A stretch of DNA of 63,925 bases, filler included. It is 5 parts of 5 records of this genome, joined end to end, with 100 filler letters (N's around TTAATTAATTAA, not from the genome) between each part and the next. Parts side by side here need not be neighbours in the genome. Positions count along the whole stretch, not along the records: positions 5,934 to 28,032 come from SRR31147125_43376; 4 more parts are not named here. One strand, given 5' to 3'. Made by a program: the position numbers and the translations under genes. The notes beneath the pieces were generated by a model. It made no database searches and was not told the origin of the DNA. It worked only from the letters and a program-made list of their open reading frames with translations. Of this stretch, positions 9,784-20,671 are shown piece by piece. The first letter of the stretch is position 1, and every line of letters starts with the position of its first letter.

Positions 9784-9799
9784 TGCACATATGATGCCC
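9784..9799 (-). promoter_or_regulatory. Sigma54 (-24/-12) promoter for the transposase-like/ftsH/cytochrome operon
   Basis: Minus strand GGGCATCATATGTGCA has GG-N10-GC spacing. GGAGG RBS at 9741-9745 precedes ATG 9733. Confidence 0.65.
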
Positions 9800-10009
9800 G
9801 GTAACCCCACTATTGCACGAGTAGCTACGGCCTGACAGCCAGGGAGACTTGGGAAAGGCTCTCTATCTCACGAGCGAAGAATCATGCTGGGGCAGGCTGT
9901 CCCAGTGGGATATGGAGAGACGAAACTCCCCCGGTCAATCTGGCAGACTTGCGCCGGATCCAATTAAACGGGAGGGCGTAGAGCCCTGATTACGGAGCAG
10001 GCCGGGGAC

Positions 10010-10057
10010 GCAACAGAAATGAGGTATGCGGCAGAAGTGTTGCAACAGAAGTGTAGG
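10010..10057. promoter_or_regulatory. Three putative enhancer-binding-protein sites (GCAACA-N4-TGTTGC-like)
   Basis: GCAACA-GAAA-TGAGGT (10010), GCGGCA-GAAG-TGTTGC (10028) and GCAACA-GAAG-TGTAGG (10042), about 210-260 bp upstream of the sigma54 promoter. Confidence 0.5.
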
Positions 10058-10070
10058 ACCGACGGGAGAG

Positions 10071-11892
10071 CTACTCCAACTCGATGGCGGAGAGATCGAG
10101 GTCAAATTCCCTGATCTTTCGGTAGAGTGTTGACCGGTCGATACCGAGCAGCCGGGCCGCCTTGGCCTTGTTGCCGCCGCACTTGACTAGCGTCTCCACT
10201 ATCCGGGCAGCCTGCCGGTTCCGGTCGTTTCCCGCATCATCATCGCGAGGTATCGACAGCGACGGCTGCAGGTCTGGAGATGAGACCGAATCGGCGGGTA
10301 CCGGAACATCGGCTGTCCCTTTAAGAGCGACGAGTTCGCCGGGAAGATCAGCGGTCGTGATGGTTGATCCCTGGCACAACACAACCGCACGCTCGACAAG
10401 ATGTTCGAGTTCACGGACATTGCCCGGCCACGGGTAGCGCTCGAGCGCCCACACCGCGTTGTCGGATATCCCGATAATCGGCTTTTGCAGCTGCTCTCCG
10501 AATTTTTTTGCGAAAAACCAGGCAATCACTCCGATATCCCCCCCGCTCACGAAGGGGCGGCAGGGTGATATCAATCACTTTCAGACGGAAGTAGAGATCC
10601 TCTCTGAACGTTCCTTCCCGCACCTTTGCACCGAGGTCGACGTTGGTCGCCGTGATCACCCGTGTATCGACACTGATAGGTGCATCGCTGCCGACCGGGT
10701 AGAACGTCCGTTCCTGTAGAAAACGCAACAGCCGCAGCTGGGTCATCGGGGAGATTTCCCCGATCTCATCGAGAAACAACGTGCCGCCGTCCGCCTGCAG
10801 CAGCAACCCCTTGCGGTCCTTGTTGGCACCGGTGAACGAGCCTCTTTTGTGCCCAAACAACTCGCTCTCCAGAAGGTTCTCCGGTATCGCCGTACAGTCG
10901 ACCTTGATCAGCGGCTTGTCGCGGCGCGGCGATTCCCGGTGCAGCGCCTCTGCGCACAGCTCTTTGCCGGTACCGGACTCGCCCGTGACCAGCACGGTCG
11001 TATCGACCCGCCCGACGTTTTCTATCAGCGTGTAGATCTTCTGCATCGGGTCGCTGGAGCCAATAAAGCGGTGGAAACGCGATTTCCTCGAAGCGGCGCT
11101 TTCCGCAGGCGCAGACATGTCCCTGATGATGATAACCGCTCCACCCAGTGCCCCGTCTTCACCTTTCAGCGGTGATGCACAGACACTCAACACCTTGACG
11201 TCGGGTTCCGCAGCACGACACTCGAAGCGGTGCTCGCTGACGTCTTCTCCGGTCTGCAGCGCCTGCAGTAGATCGGCTCGCAGCGGTGAGAACCCGGCCC
11301 CGCAGATCTCCGAGCCAAGGTATTGATCCACTTCAACATCCGGCAGAAGAGCCTTGAACATGGTCTGCGCGGAACCGTTGAACTTCAGGATCCGGAGCTC
11401 GTCATCGACAATGATAATCGCATCGGCGGCGCTCTTGAATACGGTATCGAGCAGCACCCGGTACCGTTCCCGCTCCTGCTCCGCCGTGCGACGCTGGAAC
11501 TCGAGGTTGCGCTGCATCATGGCCAGGTGGACCGATCTCAGCAGCGGCGCTTTCTCAACCGGTTTGACAATGTAATCAAACGCGCCGTAGCGAAGCGATT
11601 CGGCGGCATTTTCGATGTCCGGGTAGCCGGTAATCAGGATGAACGGACAATCCAGGCCGATCTTCCGTGCGTGCTTGAGGATATCGATGCCGGTCGACAC
11701 GTCCAGCACGATATCGGAAATCACCAGGTCGATCGGCTCGGAGGACAGCAGGTCGACCGCCTCCCCATACCCCGACGCGGTGAACACGGGCTCATACCCC
11801 GCCCGGCTCAGAAAGAAATGAAACGTTTCTCTGAGACTCGCTTCATCATCTATGACCAGTATTGACCCCTTTTTCCGTACACCGTCATACAT
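10071..11892 (-). CDS. Sigma54-dependent response regulator (REC-PAS-AAA+-Fis HTH); frameshift at G7 run near 10538-10544
   Basis: ILVIDDE receiver, GESGTGKE, ESELFGHKRGSFTGA, LFLDEIGE and FREDLYFRL. WPGNVRELEH and NKAKAARLLGIDRSTLYRK are in the second frame. Confidence 0.92.
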
Positions 11893-11941
11893 GTCTCTCC
11901 CCCTTGCTTGCAGACATCGTTCTCACCGGCCCGGCAGCCAT

Positions 11942-13987
11942 TCATCCTCCGTTCTCCACCGGCCCCGCCGCCGGTAGATCAATAGTTATCGTCGTATAAC
12001 TGTTGTACAGGCTGTTGATACGCATGAACCCGCGGTTATCCCTGATCAGCCCATAGCTGATACTGAGCCCCAGCCCGGTCCCCTCACCGTTGGGCTTGGT
12101 GGAAAAAAACGGGTCGAATACGCGATCAAGGAGCTGATGTTCGATCCCGGACCCGAAATCGGTGACCGAAAATCGGATAAACGGGGTGTCCCCCTGGTAG
12201 ACCAGCGAACTGTTGATGACCAGCTTCTTCTTCGGGTCGGCCGTTTCATAGCGCTCGTTAAGTGCATACCGGGCATTGGAGATCACATTGAGAAACACCT
12301 GCTGGATCTGGGACGGGTTGCAGTAAACCAGCGGCAGATCGTCCTTCAGGAACAACTCGAGAACGATATTGTCCTTCGTGAGCTGGTGGATCACCAGTTC
12401 CAGGCAGTCGTTGAGCAATTCGGCGCAGTCGACCGGCACCGGTTCCTCCACCGTGTGCCGGGAGAAGTGGAGTAGGTTGCGCACGATTTTGGTGATACGC
12501 TTCCCCTCGGCGGAAATTCTTTCGACAATCTCGGACCCCTGCACATCGAGGTTCAGGTCGCTGAGCATCTGGGCATAGTTGAGGATCCCGTTGACCGGGT
12601 TGTTGATCTCGTGGGCGACCCCGGCCGCGAGTTCGCCGATCGACGCGAGCTGGGCTGCCCGAATTGCCTCCGCCTTGTGTCGTTCCTCCTCGGTCATATC
12701 GCGGGCGACCAGCAGGGTTGCCTCCACGGTACCGGCGATGCTCTTGAGCGGGCTGATCGTCAGCAGGTACTCGCCGTGCAGTCCCCCCAGCTCGGTGTTG
12801 AGAATTCGGCTCTTACCTGATTTGATCAAGGTTTCGAGCGGACAGGAGCTTTCCGTCTTTTTCCCGCCGTGCAGGATGTCGCACACCGACTTGCCGATCA
12901 CCTCCGCCCTGGGCCTGCGCGCGGCGGTAAACGTTGCGTGGTTGGCGTCGATGATTATCCCGTCGCGGGTCGCGATCAGGGCCGGATCCTGGATGGCATC
13001 GTAGATGTTTTCCCATTTGGCGACGGCACTGTCGTAGCGCTGGTCGGCTTCAAGCCGGTCGGTGATGTCAAGACCGAACAGCACCATGCCGACAATTCCC
13101 TGATCGATATCCTGCTTGATTGAGCTGTGCCAGTCGATTGTCCGCACATCACCATCCCTGGTCTGCAGCGCCGCCCTGAAACTCGGGTGCTTTGCGTCAC
13201 TTTTCAGCAGCTTGGAGATCATGTTCTGGTAATGCAGGCGATAGTCAGGGGCGAGCAGTACATCGACCCAGTAGCAGTCGAGCACCTCCCAGCGACGGTA
13301 CCCGGTTACCCGCTCCGCCTCGGAGTTGAAATAGACGATTTTACCGCACGGGGTAATCGAGATCATCAGCGCCTGGATGGTATCGATGATCTCCTTGTTA
13401 AAATCCATCTCGAACTGAAGCTGGACGGCCACGTCGTGTGTGTAGAGAAGCAGGGACAGGTCGGCGACGGTGGTATCGAGCAGGTCGATCTCCGCCTCGG
13501 GAAATCCATCCGCCAGATCGGAGAAAACGAGAAGAACGCCGAAGACGGCTTCGTGGTGGATGAGCGGCCAGATCCCATACGACCGGTGGCTGCTCTTGTG
13601 CGGCAACGGGGAGATACTCACCGGCGGATCAACAGCCCGCCTGATAACCGGGTGGCGACCTGCGATCGCCTGATCGACCTGGGTGCTGAGGGTGGGATCG
13701 AGCAGGATCTGCTTCTCGTCGAAGCGCCTCACGCCCCCCGGCCCCTCCTCCGGGTGCAGGTAGTTTAACGGAGTCACCAGGGCCGTATCGGGGAGATACC
13801 TGCCGACCCAGATACCATCGAATGCGCTGAACCAAAGGATGATCTCAGCACAGGCGCCGAGCAGTTCGTTTCTGCTCCGGTCTGCCAGCTTATCACCCGT
13901 CAGCCGGTTAATCGCGTGCAGTATTCCGGTTCGCCTGATCAGTGCGTCCTTTGACGCATGATTGATGGTTCCCGCTACAATAGACAT
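11942..13987 (-). CDS. Cytoplasmic sensor histidine kinase (GAF-like, two PAS, HisKA, HATPase)
   Basis: H-box AGVAHEINNP, QVFLNVISNA, DFGSGI and FDPFFSTKPNGEGTGLGL. Probable start MSIVAG at 13987. Confidence 0.92.
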   Translation of the reverse strand: MSIVAGTINHASKDALIRRTGILHAINRLTGDKLADRSRNELLGACAEIILWFSAFDGIWVGRYLPDTALVTPLNYLHPEEGPGGVRRFDEKQILLDPTLSTQVDQAIAGRHPVIRRAVDPPVSISPLPHKSSHRSYGIWPLIHHEAVFGVLLVFSDLADGFPEAEIDLLDTTVADLSLLLYTHDVAVQLQFEMDFNKEIIDTIQALMISITPCGKIVYFNSEAERVTGYRRWEVLDCYWVDVLLAPDYRLHYQNMISKLLKSDAKHPSFRAALQTRDGDVRTIDWHSSIKQDIDQGIVGMVLFGLDITDRLEADQRYDSAVAKWENIYDAIQDPALIATRDGIIIDANHATFTAARRPRAEVIGKSVCDILHGGKKTESSCPLETLIKSGKSRILNTELGGLHGEYLLTISPLKSIAGTVEATLLVARDMTEEERHKAEAIRAAQLASIGELAAGVAHEINNPVNGILNYAQMLSDLNLDVQGSEIVERISAEGKRITKIVRNLLHFSRHTVEEPVPVDCAELLNDCLELVIHQLTKDNIVLELFLKDDLPLVYCNPSQIQQVFLNVISNARYALNERYETADPKKKLVINSSLVYQGDTPFIRFSVTDFGSGIEHQLLDRVFDPFFSTKPNGEGTGLGLSISYGLIRDNRGFMRINSLYNSYTTITIDLPAAGPVENGG

Positions 13988-14019
13988 TGATGGCACCCCG
14001 GTGGAATTCAGGCCGCCAT

Positions 14020-14078
14020 GCCACAGTTGTGCAGCATGCACTTACCGGTTCCCTTCTACTATACCACACAACTGTTGC
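14020..14078. promoter_or_regulatory. Two further copies of the GCNRCA-N4-TGYNGC motif upstream of the kinase
   Basis: GCCACA-GTTG-TGCAGC (14020-14035) and ACCACA-CAAC-TGTTGC (14063-14078). Confidence 0.45.
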
Positions 14079-14191
14079 AGAACGGCACCACTATTCCTTT
14101 ACCGGTTTCTTTGCAACTTCCGCACCAGCTTTAACGAATGGATACGTCCACCAGGTGGGGCCGTGCCCCACCCAAACGCCAAGGTGACAGA

Positions 14192-14815
14192 TCAGGAGGG
14201 AAGAACACCAAGCAGTTGCAGCCCGTCGTGAAACAGTAACAGGGCGAGGATACACAGGGCTGCCCCGAGTGCGCGCATGATGAGCCGGTATGCCCGGCCG
14301 GTCAGAAACGCCCTCGATCTGCCGACCAGTATGGCGAGCAGCACTTTGGAGCCGATCAGACACACATAGAATCCACAGATAAACGCAGCCGCCGCCGTCC
14401 AGCCCGTATCCTTCGCCCGGGTCATGATCGGGGCACCGACAGTGAACCAGAACAGATACGGGTGGAGGCTCAACGCATTTGCCAGAACACCCTTGAGGAG
14501 AGACCTGGGTAGCGGATCTGCCTCCGTGACATCGACCGGCTTCGGGTTCATACTTCCCCAGCCCATGGAGAAAACAACAATGCCACCGAGCAACGAGATT
14601 CCCCCGAGAACACTCTGGAAACCCGATAGCTGTGAAAGCACCACCAGGGTCAGAACAACGATCGGCAGATCGGTCAGGATAGGGGAGAGCGCAACCAAAA
14701 CACCCGCACCGACTCCATGCCGGATCGTTTCAGCGATAACGAGCGCCAGCAGCGGACCTGGTGCGAATCCTGCCGAAATACCGAGCACCACCCCGATGGT
14801 CACAAATTCAAGCAA
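14192..14815 (-). CDS. LysE/RhtB family amino-acid exporter
   Basis: GFAPGP N-terminal motif, KGVLANALSLHP and multiple hydrophobic helices. Confidence 0.88.
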   Translation of the reverse strand: MLEFVTIGVVLGISAGFAPGPLLALVIAETIRHGVGAGVLVALSPILTDLPIVVLTLVVLSQLSGFQSVLGGISLLGGIVVFSMGWGSMNPKPVDVTEADPLPRSLLKGVLANALSLHPYLFWFTVGAPIMTRAKDTGWTAAAAFICGFYVCLIGSKVLLAILVGRSRAFLTGRAYRLIMRALGAALCILALLLFHDGLQLLGVLPS

Positions 14816-14967
14816 TTCTCAGTTCCGACCTGATCGAGGTTCTTGCTCAACAGGCTGAAACGAAGGAAGGTAATGGGGAAAACCGCGCAATCTGTTCTGC
14901 CATAGAAGCTCTCCAGTCCCCCACTGAAGAACCGGACCGGAGTGCACCGGATTTTGATCCCCGGTAC

Positions 14968-15345
14968 TCAATCGCAGATATGGCCATGGCCATCCTCTTC
15001 TTCAGCCATCCCTCCCAGCCCTTCCATCATCGGCATTGTGCCGGTCACCATATCGGAGCATTTTTTCATTTCCACCATAACCGGGAGCGACTCGATCTCC
15101 TTGGCGAACTTCATCGCCAGCTTCTGTGCCTTGTCACGCTTTCCTGCTGCACAAAGTTGGTCTATCTCGCCCCCCATCTGTTCGGACCTGGTCTCCATCT
15201 GCTGCAACTGGGACATATCTATCTGCTCCATGCACTCCTGGACCTTCTGCATCGCCTGCATCATGTCTTGTTGTGCTGGCGTCGGGCCGGCGGCCATCAG
15301 ACCGGCAGGGGTCGCAAGCATCGCGAGCATTACAAGTGTTTTCAT
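14968..15345 (-). CDS. Secreted Met/Gln-rich helical hypothetical protein
   Basis: Signal-peptide-like N-terminus, GGGAG RBS, 4 Cys and a C-terminal HGHICD. Confidence 0.75.
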   Translation of the reverse strand: MKTLVMLAMLATPAGLMAAGPTPAQQDMMQAMQKVQECMEQIDMSQLQQMETRSEQMGGEIDQLCAAGKRDKAQKLAMKFAKEIESLPVMVEMKKCSDMVTGTMPMMEGLGGMAEEEDGHGHICD

Positions 15346-15503
15346 TCAAAGCTCCCATGATATGTGTCAATTGTTGTGATTAAGACCGAATGCTGTCATC
15401 ACTCCGGCCGAAATCGGGCCACTCACAGTCAGGCTGATTTACTCCGCGTCAGGAAATAAGTAAATGGTGAAGGCTCCTGCCGGTCCGATCCGCGGCAGCA
15501 GTA

Positions 15504-16043
15504 TCAGTCGATGGCCACATCCACATGGAGCTCGTCGCCGATTGCACCGAGTCCGTCCTCGACCCGGGAGATCGGGAGACTGGTAGGGATCTCGACCACG
15601 ATTGTCATTTCATAGAGGGTCTCACCGCTTCCCGGAGCCAGCTTGACCTCCGAACTGAGCGTTTTGATATTGATGCCCGAGTCGGCGAGATATCTGCTCA
15701 CCTTGTAGACAATGCCGCTCTGGTCCTGTCCCTCGACGGAGACGGTTCGCACCTGCACGTCTTTTGCGGCAACCGGCTTACTCCCCGTCGCAGGACTGAC
15801 GAATGCGATGATCTTCTTTTCCCGCTCGAGCCTTCTGCACTCAGACGAGAGCACCTCCACCGCCTCCCGGCCTTTCCCGTTCGGCGGCAATGCAATCTGA
15901 AGCATCATTGCGAATTCCCCGCCGAGATAGGTCATCGAAGAGTCCTCGAGATTGAACCCGTTCTCGAATATCACCTGCGAAATATCGGCGACGATCCCCG
16001 GCCGGTCCGGGCTGAATGCGGTCAAAATGTATTTCTGTGACAT
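15504..16043 (-). CDS. Tandem ACT-domain protein (GcvR-like)
   Basis: Two ACT motifs, DRPGIVADIS and GQDQSGIVYKVS. Confidence 0.88.
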   Translation of the reverse strand: MSQKYILTAFSPDRPGIVADISQVIFENGFNLEDSSMTYLGGEFAMMLQIALPPNGKGREAVEVLSSECRRLEREKKIIAFVSPATGSKPVAAKDVQVRTVSVEGQDQSGIVYKVSRYLADSGINIKTLSSEVKLAPGSGETLYEMTIVVEIPTSLPISRVEDGLGAIGDELHVDVAID

Positions 16044-16401
16044 GGTCTGTTTCCACCTGTTGAGAGGATCAGGCGGATTACCACCGCCCGTTGTCTACAG
16101 GATACACCGGTCGCTGCAAGCTTTCAAACAGGATCCTGATTATTTTTGGAAACGGGGAATCACACCTATCCTGATACTGCAAGACTGCCTGGAGCAAAAA
16201 ACAGGTTAAAAATGCGGTCGACCCGTTTATTTCGTATCGCGTTACCGAAAAATATCCGTTGTAATTCCCCTTTCTCTCAGGATTTTCATATTTTGTTTGT
16301 ACTGGAATTGAATATCATTTAAAATTGTTTGAAACGTTAGTCGCACCAATGCTCCGGTAACCACATCATCCACCAGCCTGCCCGGAAACAAGGAAGACAC
16401 T

Positions 16402-19400
16402 GTGCAGAACCTTCGAAGGATATACCCACGCCGCAATGTTCATCCTGCCTGCACGATCCTCTGTTTCGTAGTAGCCTTCTTTGCAATGACCTGGCTTCAG
16501 GGCGAAGGGACGGCTTACTCGCAGACCGGAAACCGACCGAAGATCCTCATTCTCAACTCATACCACCTGGAACTCGTCTGGACAAGCTCCCAGGTTTCCG
16601 CCGCCCGGGAGGTTCTGACCGAACGCCTCGGGGAGGTTGAGTTCTTCATCGAGTTCATGGATACGAAACGGATTTACAACCAATCGTATCTGGACCATCT
16701 CTCCCGGCTGTACCAAATGAAATACGCTCAGGTGCAGTTTGATGCCGTCATCACCACCGACGACAATGCGTTGTGGTTTGTAGAACAGCATCACCAGGCA
16801 ATTTTCAGGAATGCCCCCGTCTTTTTCAGCGGAATCAACAATCACCGGAAAATTACCATCCTTGAAAACCGGAGGTTCAGGGGGCTGATCGAGGTCCTGG
16901 ATATCAAACCGACCATAGACCTGGCAACCAGGCTGCACCCTGGAACCCGGAACATCGTTGTGATCGTCGACAATACACCCACCGGGGACGCTCAGAAAGC
17001 CGCGATAAAGAAAGCGGAAAAACATTACGACGATCTCTCGTTCACTTATCTCAGTGCGGATACCCATTCCCATGAGAGCCTGCTGGAATCCCTCCGCTCC
17101 CTGCAACCGGACAGCATCGTCCTGCTTGCAGTCTGGCTCAGGGATAAACACGGGATATTCATCTCCCCGGGAATAGCAGGCCAGACAATATCTGATAATG
17201 CTTCGGCACCGGTCTACGGACTCGTCGACATGTATCACGGAACCGGGATCGTTGGCGGCAAACTCCTCTCCAGCCAGGCCCAGGGCCGCATGATCGCTGA
17301 AGAAGCCGCCCGCGTTCTGCAAGGAGGGAGACCGGGGAACCACACGGTCATCTCCCACAGCGCCAACCCCTACCTGTTCGATGACCGACAGCTCAAACGC
17401 TGGCAGATCGACCTGATCGACCTGCCCAAAGGCAGTATCGTTGACTACAGGACAGCCACGTTCTTCGAGCAGAACAGGCGGGTAATCCTGATCGTCTCCG
17501 CTGTATTCGCCACCCTCCTGACGATGGTGCTCTTCATGAGCATAAACATCGTGTACAGGAGAAAGGCAGAGCGGAAACTGGCGAAAAGCGAAGAAAAACT
17601 GCGGCTCGTATTCGAATTCTCCCCCATCGGCATCTGTACGATTGACCTTGACGGCAGGTTCGTGACCACAAACCCCGCCTACGAAAAAATGGTCGGGTAC
17701 ACAGGCGATGAACTCACGGACATGTCTTTTCTGGACGTTACCCACCCCGACTATCACGAGGAAAACGAGAGACATTACCAGAAAATGTTCGCGGCCGGTT
17801 CACGTTTCACATTGGAAAAGAAATGCATTCGCAAAGACGGCACCGAAATCGACGTCATCGCCCACGCCGCGCCGGTTATCGGCACTATGGGCAACATCCG
17901 TTTCGGAACGGTATTCGTGGAGGAAACAACCGAACGGGTTAAGGCACAGCAGGATCTGGTGCATTCGAAGCAACTCATGGACAGCGTACTCAACGCGGTT
18001 GTCGAACCGATGTTCGTCAAGGACCGTAAACACCGCTGGATCATGCTCAACGACGCATTCTGCAAATTTCTCGGGCGCAGGTACGAGGAGCTGATTTATA
18101 AATCCGACTACGATTTCTTTGCAGAACACGACGCGGCAAGCAACTGGGAACGCGACGACATCGTCTTCGCGTCGGACAAGGCATCCATAAACGAGTTGTA
18201 TGTCACCAATTACGGAACGACCCGAACCTTCTCCACATCCAAGACATCGTTTACAAATCCGATAACCGGAGAACGGAACCTCGTCGGCATTATCCGGGAT
18301 ATCACCGAGGCAAGGAACATCGAGGATCAACTCCAGCAGGCCCAGAAGATGGAATCCGTCGGCAGGCTCGCAGGTGGCGTTGCGCACGACTACAACAACA
18401 TATCGAGCATCATCATCGGTTATTCCGAACTCGCTCTGGAACAGGTCGGATCGGACAGCCCTATCTACAATGACCTTGTCGAGATCCATACGGCGGCGAA
18501 ACGATCAACGGCCATTACCCGCCAGCTTCTTGCCTTCGCACGCAAGCAGACCATCGCCCCCCGCGTGCTGGACCTGAACGATACGGTCGCCGTCATGCTG
18601 AAGATGCTCCAGAGACTTATCGGGGAAAACATTCATCTTACATGGCAACCGGGCGTGGAGGTGTGGTCGGTAAAGCTCGACCCCTCCCAGATTGATCAGA
18701 TTCTGGCAAATCTTTGTGTAAATGCGAGGGACGCTATTACCGATGTGGGAAAAATCATAATTCAAACGGAGAATGTCCACATCGATGACACCTATTGCTC
18801 AATCCATACCGATTTTGTCTCCGGCGATTATGTGCTTCTCGCAGTAAGCGACAACGGCAGCGGTATGGAAGCGAACATCCAGGCAAAGATTTTCGAGCCC
18901 TTTTTCACCACCAAAGATATGGGCAAAGGATCGGGGCTCGGGCTGGCGACCGTATACGGTATCGTGAGACAGAATAACGGTGTGATCGATGTAGACAGTG
19001 AACCGCAGGAAGGGACCACGATAAAGATCTATCTCCCACGCTATAAGGGCAAAGGCGACCGCAAGCAAGAGAAGGAAGAGACAATTATTCCGACAGGCAA
19101 CGGTGAATCTATCCTGCTGGTCGAAGATGACGAGGCGATTCTCAAGCTCGCCCGGAAAATGATCGAAGACCTCCGGTACCGGGTGACGGCGACATCGAGC
19201 CCGAATGAGGCCATCCTGCTCGCCCGGGATTCCGGCAACAAATTTGACCTGCTACTCACCGATGTGGTGATGCCGGAGATGAACGGACGCGATCTTGCAC
19301 AAGAGCTTCTCACAGTCTCCCCGGACTTAAAGTCCTCTATACTTCGGGCTACACCGCCGATGTCATAGCCAATCGGGGCGTGCTGGATGATGGAGTCACG

Positions 19401-19469
19401 TTCCTCCATAAACCGTTCACCAAGGAAACGGTCGCCGGTAAAATCAAGAAAGTACTGAACGGCGGTTAA
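16402..19469 (+). CDS. Membrane hybrid histidine kinase (periplasmic ABC-SBP-like, TM, 2 PAS, HisKA, HATPase, REC); frameshift near 19330
   Basis: ILILNSYH sensor, QAQKMESVGRLAGGVAHDYNN, NLCVNARDA, GSGLGL and LLTDVVMPEMNG. The C-terminus VLYTSGY...KPF continues in a shifted frame to TAA at 19469. Confidence 0.9.
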
Positions 19470-19783
19470 ACCGCTGGAGTGGAGTATCGGCAACGGACAA
19501 TTATTTTCATTTGCTCAGGTAACATTTCGACAAAGCGCAGAGCGGCCCAATGTCCCGTTCGCGACATTTCTGCAATCAACTGATTACATTGTCACACAAT
19601 TGTCCGGAAAAAATATCCCCCGCTGATGTCTGGATTTCCGCTCACTGGCTCACCGGCTGTCCAGAACGGATCGGAGCAGGCTACCGCGCGACTTCTCGCC
19701 CCCTCCCTGAGGCTGGTAACAGCTACCTTGAGCGGTTGTTGATACCGTACAGATGCCTGTATAAAAACATTCCAACCACACAA

Positions 19784-19799
19784 TGGCGCGAAATTTGCT
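19784..19799 (+). promoter_or_regulatory. Sigma54 (-24/-12) promoter
   Basis: TGGCGCGAAATTTGCT, a near-consensus match to TGGCAC-N5-TTGC. Confidence 0.75.
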
Positions 19800-19870
19800 A
19801 ATATCGATCGAAGCCGGTAGACTCATGACCTGGCGACACTGAGTCCCCCCCTACGTCAAGGATGGATACA

Positions 19871-20671
19871 ATGCTTACGTTCAAAAATTACCGCACAGAT
19901 GGCTATTACGACGAACTGTTCGATGAAAACGGCTCCCCCCGCCAGGGAGTGCAGCTGCTGATAGACAGGATCAAGTCCCTTCCAGAAGGCGAGATCCTGA
20001 TGCGGCAGCACAAGGCGGAGTCCCTGCTGCTCAAAATGGGAATCACCTTCAACGTTTACGGCCAGGATGAAGGAACCGAGAAGATATTCCCGTTCGACAT
20101 CATTCCGCGGATCATTCAGGCCGCAGACTGGGAGCAGATCAAAAGCGGGCTCGAACAGCGGATTTTCGCGCTTAACGAGTTCCTCCAGGATATCTATAAC
20201 GACAGGAAAATACTCAGGGACAAGGTCGTCCCCGAGGACCTCATACTGAGTTCGGAAAGCCCGGCCCCTGAAACGACCCCGGGCTGGGAAGAGACCGCGG
20301 GGCTGCTGAGAAGCGTGAGCCTATCGGAGAGCGAACTCGATGCGGTGCGATTCGTGTTCGAGAGCCCCTTCTGCGTGAACAACAGGGATGTCAAGGACTA
20401 CGGGGGCCACTCATTCGCACCGGGCACCCCGATCCTGGCCGGCGCGCTGGATCTAATGACCCGGATCCACGAAGAATTCGCCAATGACAAGGAGGCGAGT
20501 ACGGTGGACTCCACCGTTGAGCACGTGCTCGCCACCCGCAAGGGTGTATGCCAGGATTTCGCCCACCTCGCCATCAGCTGCCTCCGCTCCCTCGGCCTCG
20601 CCGCCCGCTATGTGAGCGGCTACCTCGAGACCCTGCCGCTCCTGCTTGAGCAGAAAACAAAAAATGTATGA
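19871..20671 (+). pseudogene. In-frame chimera: N-terminal fragment of a circularly permuted type 2 ATP-grasp protein fused to an internal transglutaminase fragment
   Basis: YDELFD...GITFNVY...FPFDIIPRII...GLEQRIFALNEFLQDIY breaks at about LILSS. It then runs into RKGVCQDFAH...ARYVSGYLET and ends before the His/Asp (ASHAW, D-P-T-N) part of the triad. Confidence 0.75.

Noticed and set aside
16558-17775. 405-aa minus-strand ORF, and similar long antisense ORFs over ppdK, ftsH, the ABC permease and the giant gene
   Set aside because: These are shadow ORFs caused by codon bias opposite well-supported genes.
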